Of a stretch of DNA of 64,000 nt, positions 47,691 to 58,962 are shown piece by piece. Within the stretch, counting starts at the first letter, position 1. Each line of letters opens with the position of its first letter. The stretch is taken from contig CM052816.1 of NCBI GenBank assembly GCA_028534125.1, positions 20,152,001 through 20,216,000 on the forward strand, given 5' to 3'. Source of the DNA: Lama glama (taxonomy: Eukaryota). The translations under genes and the position numbers were made by a program. The notes under the pieces were generated by a model. It saw only the letters and a list, made by a program, of their open reading frames with translations. It made no database searches and was not told the origin of the DNA.

Positions 47691-49424
47691 TGGCAAAGAC
47701 TCTGTATGCTGGAAGCTAAAGACACATGTTTCAAGAAGGATACCTATTGTATTTTTCATTCCTCTGGCCACAGTGGCTGGTTCAGGCGCGTGACCCAAGT
47801 TGGCCTAATTGGACTACATTCAGGGCTCTTACTGGAATCACAAAGGGTAAGAAGCAAACTCTCTTCTGCTTCATGGTCCTTAGCTGGGTGGATGAGCCTG
47901 GAGCTGTTGATAGCCATTTTACCCACTGGAGTGAACAGCCAGCACAGAATCAAAGCCTCAGAGACACAAAGGAAGGCAGAACCCTGATGAATCATTTATG
48001 CCCTGGATCCAGCCATGCCTGAAACCCCTAGACATTTAGTTTCCCAGTTTTGCTTAAGTCAGTTTGAACTGGATTTCTGTCATTTGCAACCAAAAGAGTT
48101 TTGACCAAAGCAGTAATGTGCCCTTACTCTAATACCATCCATGTGGAGAACACTCCCCACTGCCATTTTGAGGCTACCCCCATGACATGTTGAACCCTTG
48201 TTCCATGTGGCACTGAATCGTCTTTCATAGGGACATCCTACAGCAGTCCCCTTTATCTGAGGCTGAGGAGAAAGCAATGGAGAATCACCAGAGAGGATTT
48301 TTTTGTTTGTTTGGTGGTTTATTATTTGCTTTGCTTTGTATTATTCAGCTTTATTAAGCTCAAAAAAGGGGGGAATGACAGGATTGTTCCTGTATTTTGC
48401 ATCCCGATGGCTGTGAGGTACGGAGGCTCAGGAGAGTGAGGAGGGATATTCAGGGATATTCAGAGGACAGGCTCCTGAATGTAGGAATTGGCATGTGATC
48501 GCTTCAAGGGAAGTCGAAATCTTCGAAAGTTAGGACATGTTGAGAGAATGTGAGGGGAATGGAGTCAAGAAGGATTCCTGTTTTTTTTTTTTCTTTTCTT
48601 GTTTGCGTTTTCTTTTGTCTACAGCAACTGAATGGAGAGGGGAGAGCCACTGAGTCAGGTGTAGGGTTGAGAGGGACCAGCCCCTTGGAGGGGCAAACCC
48701 AAGCCCTGGCCCCTGAGTTTCCCCCATCCCTCCAAGATTATTAATCTCTTGCTCTGTCTACATGTTTGCTTTTGAAGGGCATTTTTTCCTCCATGCTTTG
48801 GAGTCACTTAATTCATTAGTTCTTCATCACTTATGTCCTATTTCATTATGTTACAATCTTGCCAGTTGTTAATTTACATTTATTTCCTGCAGTGACAAAA
48901 AAAAAACCCAGCCATGAAAAATGTTATTGTTGTAAATATTAATACAAGTCACAAGTGATCACCATCCAGACCCCACTTCACAGAGCAACAGCTCCCTTTT
49001 TCTGAAGCTGGGAGGATGCAGGATAATTACCAAAAGTAAGAGCTCCATCTGTCCCGAGGCTGAATGAGCAGAACCAGTCACAAGCCCTGTGATAATATTA
49101 AAAGAGGCAGAAAAAACAGCACTTGCTGACAGTCACAACCCACTTGTGCACCTCGTGTCACTCCTGACACAGACCCCGCCCTGCCTGTACCTGAGGTCTC
49201 ACAGACTAGAGGGACAAATGGCTGCCTCCATGCCCTGTGGGTGGGGGCGAACCTGTGCCCAGGAGGACAGAGGAGGAGAAAAGCTGAGATGAGGTCCTCC
49301 CTGGAGGGGAGCCAGGGAGAAGGTGGCCCTGGAGGGTGGGAGGAGGTGGGCAGTGGGTGAAGTGCTGCATGTACTCCGTTGTGAGCCCCTCAATTCCTTT
49401 CCTCCTGGTCCAGAATAGGACTCT

Positions 49425-50161
49425 CTCTCTCTCTTTTTCTTTTTTTGGTATATATACATATTTTTATTGAAGTATAGTCAGTTTACAATGTTGTATCAAT
49501 TTCTGGTGTACAGCATAATGTTTCAGTCATACATATACATACATATATTTGTTTTCATATTCTTTTCTGTTATAGGTTTCTACAAGGTGTTGAATATAGT
49601 TCCCTGTGCTATACAGTATGAACTTGTTGTTTATCTATTTTATATATATTAATTAGTATCTGCAAATCTCAAACTCCCAATTTAACTCTTCCTACCAATT
49701 TAACTCTTCCTACCCACTTCCCCCCTGGTAACCATAAGTTTATTTTCTGTCTGTAGGTCTGTGTCTGTTTTGTAATAAGTTTGTCTTTTTTTTTTTTTTA
49801 AGATTCCACATATACGTGATATCATATGGTATTTTTCTTTCTCTTTCTGGCTTACTTCACTCAGAATGACAATCTCCAGGTCCATCCATGTTGCTGCAAA
49901 TGGCATTATTTTATTATTTTTTATGGCTGAGTAGTATTCCACTGTATAAATATACCACAACTTCTTCATCCAGTCAACTGCTGATGGACATTTAGGTTGT
50001 TTCCATGTCTTGGTTATTATAAATAATATAGCTATGAACATTGGAGTGCATGTATCTTTTTGAATTAAGTTTCCCTCTGGATATATGCCTAGGAGTGGGA
50101 TTGCTGGATCATATGAAAAGTCTATTTTTAGTCTCTTGAGGAATCTCTGTACTGTTTTCCA
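49425..50161 (-). mobile_element. 5'-truncated camelid L1 with ORF2 C-terminus
   Basis: ORF track shows WKTVQRFLKRLKIDFSYDPAIPLLGIYP...HMIS. TSD cagaataggactct at 49411-49424 and 50162-50175. Internal 18-bp tandem duplication at 49677-49712. Confidence 0.93.
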
Positions 50162-53100
50162 CAGAATAGGACTCTTGCTCTGTGCCTTTTTAAGGAAAAT
50201 TACACTGCAAAGAATCACTTCTTTCGCCACTCCAGAGATGACCAATACTCCTAGCCCCTGAATGAGCTGTCTCAACATCTTGACCTGGAAGAAAATGATT
50301 GTCACTTGTAAGGATGGTCTGTGTGCCATCCACCTCCCTCCCTTAAGAAGCTCCAGAGCAAATCGGGGCGGCTGAGTCGGAACTCCTCCTGCTGGGCCCT
50401 GGGGCTGTCCTGAGAGGTTAAGGCTATGAATGTCATCCCCGCTATGGGCTCAGCTCCAGAACGTTATCTGGCTCTCAGCTCTGACCACTGACTGGCTCCC
50501 ACCTGCCCCTGACTCCAGGATGAGCCCTATCTCTGGTTACAGACCTCTCTGGACCCTTGTGACTAAGTCCTTACCCTAGTCAGGTGCTACTACCCTGGTT
50601 ACTGGTTCCAGGAGGAGTTCCACTCACTTCTCCCCAGTGTAGCCCTGGCTCTGGTGGAACATAGTGACAGGGATCTCCCCTGTCACTCACACCAAGCTCA
50701 CAGATGGATCAGACCCCGGCAGGGGCTGCTGGAAATCCCTCCCCTGGGAGCTGTCTCCCTACTGCTCTGTTTCTCCCTGTGCCTCTCAACTTCTGCTGGT
50801 TACTCCAGTCCCTCCTCCTCCAGAAAGCCTTCTCCAGTCATCCCAGTCCTCATCCATCTCTTCCCCCTTGGAGAGCCTGGGGGCTGGACCTCCAACCCTC
50901 CTCAAGAGCTAGATAAGAAAGACCCACTCCTAGACAAGGCCATGTGAAGACAGACAGAGATTATTGTTTTGCAGCCACAGGCCAAGCTCCTTCAGAAGGA
51001 GGGCCCTGTCAACACCTTGATTGTGGACTTCTGGCCTCCAGAATTGTGAGAGAATTAATTCCTGTTTTAAGCTACCCAGTTTGTGGTACTTGGAAACTCA
51101 TAGAGGCAGCAAGAAAAAAATTTGCCTGAAAAAGCATCAAAGTACTTATCATGGGGACATCAGAATGGTGTTAGACCATCTTTCACTTCAGTGTGATTTG
51201 CTTTGTTTTTATCTGGAATCAGAGGTCTTGACCCAGCTCTGCCCTGTGCTCCTGATGGTGGGGCTGTGGCCATGGCTGTGTGGTGTCTGCCATGGGCTGA
51301 TGCAGCCCCCGGATGTGCGGTGGCCTGCTCTGGGCCCTGCCTCTACCAGCCCAGCCCCACGGGCCTCCCCAGAGCAGAAGCTGCCTGATGGCATCCTTCA
51401 TCTGCATCCTGCGTTCTCCGGTGTATACACCCAGGGCCACATGACTGGAGAGGCAACACAGAAGGATGGGGGCTCAGGGCAACATTCTGGTGACACCAGC
51501 GTGCTGGTGTGGAGCCACGTTATTGCAGCTGCAAATTCCTTGGCTAATTTTGAAACTGCTGGGCTTGGGAGCAGTCCCCAGAGTGCAGGCTCATAGGCCA
51601 AACTGCAAAGCCAGGTCAGGGCTGGGGAGGCTTGGGGCGTCTTAGAGACAACCTGGCACTGTGAGGCTCGCAGGCCCGGAGTGCCGGGTGCAGGGCGTCT
51701 GCTGGAGGGCATGACGCGAGCCCCAAGGGGCCAAGAAACAGGCTGGTGGCAAACCCCGCCTAGTGGCCATCTGGTGACCCAGGAAGAGAGGGGTCCTATG
51801 GGCTCAGCATCTCTCTCAGAAGAGCCGAAGCTAGTCCCCTTCTGAGATGCATCTGACTTCAGGCTTCTCTGAATGTGTTTGACCCCTGAGTGGTTTGTAG
51901 CTTTTGAGAAGGTGGGTCCTCAGAGGTGAACCAGACCAGGGCTCCCAAGTCGGGCCTCGTGGCCTGGGCCCTGGGAATGAGGGGACTCCAGAGGAGTGTT
52001 TCTACAGAAGCCCCCACACCATCCCTGGGACCTGCAGAACCTTGGCCTTCAGAGGAGCGGAGGGCAGGAGGAGATGACCTTGGGCCAAGCTGAGCCCTCT
52101 AGCTCTGAAATAGCGACACCGCTATGACCCTGCTGACTGCCACTAATGGCCAAACCGAACCATAAATTCCGATTAGGGAAAGACACCGATTGGCAATGAC
52201 ATACAGAAAAGTTTGTGATTAGTGAACTGTAAAAGCTAACATGACACGCTCATAATTGGGATGTATTTACTGTGCAAAAAAAAAAATGCCATGCTGCCGT
52301 TCGGGCAAAGTGACTTTGAGGGAACTTTCTAAAGGAGTCTGACACAACTTCCCTCTTTTGCTCACCAAACAGCAATAACCATTATTGATGGTGCTTCTTA
52401 CATGGCAGCTACAGAGAGAGAGGGGCTGTGATTTCTTGTCAGAACTGTTTTATGGTGTCGTATTTTCTGGGTGTTTAAGAAGCCCTGTTCATTTGCGGCA
52501 TTATCCTGGGTGATTTATGGACCCTCAAAAAGCTTACTTCATTTCGATGTTTTAGGCATTTTGCTTTTTTACAACAAACCTTCTTCCAATATAATCAATG
52601 GAGGTTTCTCTCACTGGCCTGGGAGGGGAGTGCCGCGTGGGTTTATAGCAAAATCAATATGAGGATAAATGGACAGAAAAGGAAGTCCGTTGTCAGGGTA
52701 GAAAGAGGCTTGAAAGTCCCCAGCTCAGCGGCGAAGCTATCAGCAGGGGCTGGTCCGGAGGCCGGCCTTGCTGAATGTGGTTGCAGCGAGTGGTCCTCAC
52801 TGACCAGTGTGGAGGGATGCTGGCGACAACAGAGCCAGGCGGTGGGGAGAGGGCTCAGCCACACTTTAATTAAATATGTTTGCTTATGAGCCACCCCCCT
52901 GCAAGTCTCATGAATGTTTGATTGTGTTTTCTAATTAAAGTAAAAAATGACTCCCAAACATATTAATGTTCCAACATTTGGTTTCTTAGAGATAAGGCAG
53001 ATGAATAGGTCACAGCTGGGTCTAACATCTCCTGAAGGAGACTTTGCAGCCACAGAGGCCCCTGGAGGAACCCCAGATCTGCTTGCTAACCCTTGTCCCC

Positions 53101-55094
53101 CCAGTCATTGCCAGGGAAGTCCCTGGATTTTCTCTGGAGACATGGAAGTGTACCCTAGCAGGCCATCACTTCCAGGGGGGCTTGGAGGTGGGGGAGTATG
53201 GTGCATCGGGATGGGGTCCACTGTGAGGTAAATGAAGCCATATAAGGTAAGATGTCAGTTAGTTTTTGTAGGAGAAGGAAAACTTACAGGTGTCTTGAGG
53301 CCCCTTGGTGGAACACAGTAAATATTAAATTAATGAGCAAACAAAGGAGTTCAGGCTGGAAGTAAAAAAAAGCTCTAGGCAGAGTAGACAGATAAGTAGG
53401 GGGATACCTCCCTCCCTTGGGCAGCCTCATGGTGCAGACAGTAGCTCACTGTCTCCCCAGCCAGTCTTATATTCATTCACTCATGTATTTGTTTGTTGAG
53501 CACCCAGCATGGGCCGGGGCCTGCTCAGGGCCTGTGGGCACAGTGGTGCCTAGGACAGGTGGGCGCTGGCCCTCAGGGGGCTCACAGTCTGGTGCAGCAG
53601 ATTCATATGTAACTACCAATGGTCAGTGTCATGAAGGAAGAGAGCCAGTCAGCTGCCCCACCTCCTAAAGCACTCCTGCTACCCTCTGGCGGGAGAGAGC
53701 ACCCCTGTCCTAGCACTTGGTAGATTTGGTTCCGGCCCTAGGCCTTTATTTGAGTAAACCTCCACCCCAGTAATCCTTCAGAGGAAGGTCACAGAACACT
53801 CAGGGCCACCCTCTGCCCCTTTTCTGCCCCATCTCCCCCAGACAGTTGAATATGAGTGAGCAGAGATCTTGTAAGCTTTGGCTCCATGCCAGTCTTTGTG
53901 CTGGGCCCAGAGGATTCAGTCATCAACATACAGGTACAGTTCCTTTCCTCAAAAAATGTACACCCTCATCTTTGTGCCAGGCACCATTCAGCCTTTGATG
54001 ACCCCCTGCTCTAGGCTGGTGCCTGCTGATGCCATACATTAGAGTCTCAGTAGGTCTGGGGGTTCCTAGAGGCTGGGGCCTCTCTGCCTCCTTTGTGGTC
54101 CCCTGCAGCACATCTGAGCACAGGGTCAGACTCAGAGCTGAGGCTCCTTCTCAGCTTGTTCCACCCCCCAGGGGGCTCATTCCCTGCTCTGGACTATAGT
54201 GACTATCACTAGCCCATCGACAACTGAGCCTGAGACACACGTGGCGGAGATGGCTGGCTGCCGGCCGCAACCACCCTCCCCTGGCCATAGCACACAGCAG
54301 TAGCTGGGAAGCCCATCCAGAGACATTTTCCAGCCACATCCCCACTTCCCTACCTCCATCCCACCCATCTAAGCATGTGATGAGTTTCTTTTCTGTGACC
54401 GATTTTTGACAATGGAAAGTGAATGCAAGAGACGTTTGTCACTTCAAGGCCCAGATTCCTTCTCCTTTCATCAGCTGCATGAAGAAGACCACAGGCTGTA
54501 AGAGATGATGGAACCACAGAAATAGATCCTGGGGCCCTGAGTCACTGTGTGGAGGATGCTGTCCACCAGCCTGGAAGCTTTGCTTTAAACTGCTGTGTAA
54601 GCAGGAAATAAATTACTATTATGTAAGCAACCTCCCCCATATTTAGGTATACTTGTTGGGTGCCTGTTCTCCCCAGTCTGCACACCAGCATGAGACCCCC
54701 ATTCCCACCCGTCCCTGCCCCAGGCTGTGCTTTCTCAGCGACTTGCTCATCTTCCTCATTCTTTTGCTTATGAGGGAGAATTGTGCCTTTGGCCAGGTTT
54801 GCTTGCTAGTTTTGTTTTTGAAATGTATACTATAAAAAAATATATATAGAAAAGTAGAGGGAATGGTACAATGGGCATATAAAGTATAATGTACATTATA
54901 GTAGTAAAGGGGACATCTTTAGGCCTGTCACCTAGGTTGAACTGCTGTTTATATCCTGTCGTATTAACTTTGTCTGTTTTTTATTTCTGAAGTATTTAAA
55001 AATAAACTACAGACATTATTATATTTCACCTATAACTATTTCAATACATACCTCCAAAACATAAGGTAATAGTGATACAGAATCATAAGGCCAT

Positions 55095-55519
55095 TATGTC
55101 AGTTAGGGTTCTCCAGAGAAACAGAACCAACAGGATGTATGTAGATGCAAAGAAAGAGATTTTGCTATAAGGAATTGGCTCCCAATTATGGAGGCTGAGA
55201 AATCCCAAGATCCACACTTGGCAAGCTGGTGATGCAGGAAGAGCGATGGTTCAGTCCCATGTCCCATGTGGTCAGGCAGGAGGCGTTCCCTCTCACTAGT
55301 GGGAGAGTCATCCTGTCAGCCTTTCTGTTCTAGTCAGGCCTTCAACTGAGCAGATGAGGCCCATCCACATGAGAGTGGGTCATCTGTTTTACTCAGTCTA
55401 CCTATTCAAATGTTATTCTCATCCAAAAAACTCTCACAGACACCCTCAGGATAATGTTTGACCAAATGTCTGAAACCCCTGTTGGCCCAGTCATGTGACA
55501 CATGAAATAAACTGTCACA
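55095..55519 (-). mobile_element. MLT2B-like LTR inserted in an old L1MC fragment (~54810-55660)
   Basis: agttagggttctccagagaaacagaaccaacagga...ccagtcatgtgacacatgaaataaactgtcaca. 5-bp TSD gccat/gtcat. Confidence 0.8.
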
Positions 55520-56248
55520 GTCATTATTATACCTAACCAAGTTCACAGTTCCCTGACACCATCTAATATCCTATCTATATTCAAACTTCCCCAGTCATTA
55601 CTTATAGAATCGTTTCTTCAGAGTAGTATCCAATCAAAGACCAAGCATTGTGTTGGTTCTTGCCCATGACCCTTTGAGGAAGCCCTGTAGTCAGGGTCAA
55701 TGACTCCTCCAGGCTTGGATTGTCAGGGAAGTTTTTGGATGTGGGGTCAGACTGCAGGTCTGAGAAGATAATTATTCATTATTGAGAACAAGCACAAGTG
55801 AAGCATCATAACACTCAGGGCTCCATCTGTGGTAATGGATGGGCCCCAGCCATCAAGCACTTATGTCTCTAAGTGCTTTACATCATTAATTAGATACACC
55901 TGGGAACCCCAGCAAGGGCGAGTCGTTGCGGCCAGGGTTACCTCCAGCAGAGCGTGAGTAGCTGAGCTGCCCACTCAAGGTCACCAAGCAGGTCTGAGCC
56001 GGAGTGTGGGCCTCTGCCCCCCAAACATTATCCCAGACTCCTCTCCAAGGGGAGAAGTCAAAGCCCAGCCAGAGAGGGCTGGGTACCAGTCAGGCCTGGG
56101 CCAACATTCCCAGGTCCAGGACGGACTGAGCCTTCTTCCCAATAGGGAAAGTCGCAGGACAGCAGCTGAGGTCACCTAGGGGGCAAGTGTAAGCTCCCAT
56201 TAGGTCACAGGCAGGACACTAAAACATTGCAAATCAGATCACATTTTA

Positions 56249-56564
56249 TTTTTTTAATTAATTTATTCATTTTTAATTCTTATTTTTTATTGAAGTGTAG
56301 TCAATTTACAATGTTAGTTTCAGGTGTACAGTGATTTAGTTACACATACACACATACATATATATATTTTCTGTTTCCTTTCCATTACGGCTCATTGCAA
56401 GACATTGAGTATAGTTCCCTGTGCTATATGTACAGTAGGTCCTTGCTGCTTAACCACTTCACATATAGTAATGTGTATCTGTCAGTCCCAAACTCCCCAT
56501 CTATTCCTCCCCATCCCTTTCCCTGCTGGTAACCACAGTTTGTTTTCTATGTCCATGAGTCTAT
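56249..56564 (-). mobile_element. Short L1 3' end
   Basis: Flanked by the direct repeat ttgcaaatcagatcacatttta (56227-56248, 56565-56586). Confidence 0.9.
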
Positions 56565-56719
56565 TTGCAAATCAGATCACATTTTAAACACATTAAGAAA
56601 GTTTGCTCAAAATTCCAGGTGAATCCCCTCCCAGAGTAAAAGGTCCTTGTGTTATGTGAATAACTTGTCCATGAACTGTCGGGTTTCTATGAACTGAGTT
56701 TTCTAAAAACGACCATAAA

Positions 56720-56910
56720 GGCACAGGAGTTAAAAGTGCTGGCCCCTGGATTCCAGACTCTTCCTTACCATAGGTGGCTTGCCTGTACAAGCCTCAGTTT
56801 CCTCATATGTAAAATGGAGATTATAACAGTATCTACCTCAAAGGGCGGTGACAAGGATTATATAAATGGATGATGCTTAACCTAGTGGCTGGCACATGAC
56901 AAACTAGAAA
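56720..56910 (+). mobile_element. MIR SINE
   Basis: gcctcagtttcctcatatgtaaaatggagattataacagtatctacctca MIR core. Confidence 0.8.
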
Positions 56911-58962
56911 TGTTGGCTGCTTTCTCGTTCTCATTAGGTTATTATCTATTGACCAAACAGTAGATGACCATACACACAAAATCAAAACACATAAAATCTG
57001 TTGACCAGACAAACAATAGATGACCACACATGCAAAGGGCCCAGCCTCCGAGCTGTCAGGGCAGTGATGTGTTTTGAATATCAGTGCCCAGTGTTCCTGC
57101 AGGAGGGCTCAGAACTGTGCTGTCCCAAATCAGAAGCAATGGCAGTGCAACTGTCATCACATTTTGTTATTCTCTGCCTGCATTTACATAACGTTTCAGC
57201 AAAGTGCTTTATAATCATTTCATTAGTCATTCATTTGCTTAATTGCATAGCCTTTAATTCACTTAGAAAGTCTGATTTTAAATTCAAGTTTCCACTACCA
57301 CAAGTTTTAATTCAGAAAACCTTTTTTTTTTTTAATAGGTGGAAACATTTCCAAATTTTGAGCCCCATCCCACCTGCAGTGACTGGTTCTGGCGTATAGA
57401 GGGAAAGACACTGAAAAGTGGCCGCAGTGCTGGCCCAGCTCGAAGGTCTAATTTAGAATGTCAGAGGACCTCTGCCCACCACCTTCAAACAGGAAGAGCA
57501 CCAGGTTGAGTGCTCACATTGGCAGTTAGACAGTGATTGCTAAAGCAGACTCACAGGACCCCAAATAGTGATGCTTAAGAACCCACAGTTTACTGCAAGA
57601 CAAGGATACAAAGGTTGCCTCCTGGCACCGACTGGAGAGGCCAGGCTTGGGCTCCTGTTGTCCTCTCTGTGAAGGGCCATTCTGGATGTACTTCCTCTCT
57701 TGGACCAGGAATCTCCAACGTGTTCCCGGAACACCTCAAACTAGGAAGCCTGAAATGGAGTCTTGGCCAGGACTCATACCCTGCTGGTCATAGAGGCATA
57801 TTCTTGCTGTGGTACTGACCTAATGGTAGAAGCTTTTGGGGGTCTCACTGAGGCTAAGTGCAAATCATCAATCTTGCTGTTCTCAATAAACGATGCTGTC
57901 AAGCTGGTACAAAGTGCCCTGAAACTCCTCGGACCTGTGGTTGCAAAGCAACACTATTAATCAGTGAGCTTCCTGTGCTGATCACCGGGGCAGCACCGTG
58001 CAGGTACATCTCTTACTTCAGTAACACAGCTCAGCTCAATACCAGGCCTGCTCGAATTAACCCTCCCAGCTCAGCTTAGGGACTATGTGTGACCAAGAGT
58101 GAAGAGGAGGGCATAGAACCCACTTGCTTTGCTGGTGTGAACCTGGGGGAAGTCACAGGGCTCAGCCTACAGCAGGGACATGGCTCCTCCACCCTGACCA
58201 TGGCCATAGCTCCCTAGTGGCCACAAGTCTCCAGCCTTTCTCCCCTACCATCCATTCTCCATTGGCCACACAAGCCCTGTTCCTGAGCATGCAATTTTGA
58301 TTATGCCTTTACTCAAGTGTCACCCTTTCAGTAAGCCCTTCCCTACACACCCTATTTAAAATTGCACCCACCTCCACACACTCCCTATCCCATTTCCTGC
58401 CTTATTTCTCTGTTTCATGTGTCACTAGTGTGTCTTGCTTTTGTAGTCTGTCCCACTAGAGTGTAGGTGCCATGAAGCAGAGGTTTTTAATCTGCGTGTT
58501 CACAATGTCTCTGTGCTTAAGTCACTGAGGACCTGGCATGTACTGAGTGTCTCTAACTTGATGCCCCAAACCCATCATTTGTTTCCCCTGGTTTTTTAAA
58601 TCCTAACCTGGACCCTCTCTAGCTTGGCCCAGATTGCCTTTTTGGTTTTCTCTCCCTTAGTATTTTATTTGTCAGATGGTTCAGGTTCAGGCAGAGAAGG
58701 GTGTAGTTATTTACCAGGTTCCTGAATTGAACTGAGGCGGGAGAAGAGTATGAGGAATGTAAGGCTTGGTGAGAGGGAAGGGAGGCTGGGTAGAGGAGGC
58801 TGGGTAGAGGAGAGCGGACCAGGCTCCTTGCACAGACTGGAGATGTTCTCCAGATATAAGGTGAACGTTGGGACAAAGGAGAAGCTATTGTTCAAGGTGA
58901 TGACCCTGGGCCCCAGGTGATCCCTTGCTGGGACTTAATGATATCTGGGTTAAGGGGGAAGG

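Noticed and set aside
49700..50329. 209-aa minus-strand ORF, the longest in the distal region
   Set aside because: Chance fusion of flanking DNA to the ORF2 C-terminus of a truncated L1.
51021..51596. 191-aa ORF
   Set aside because: Begins inside an MLT1 LTR fragment with a non-ATG start and has no recognisable homology.
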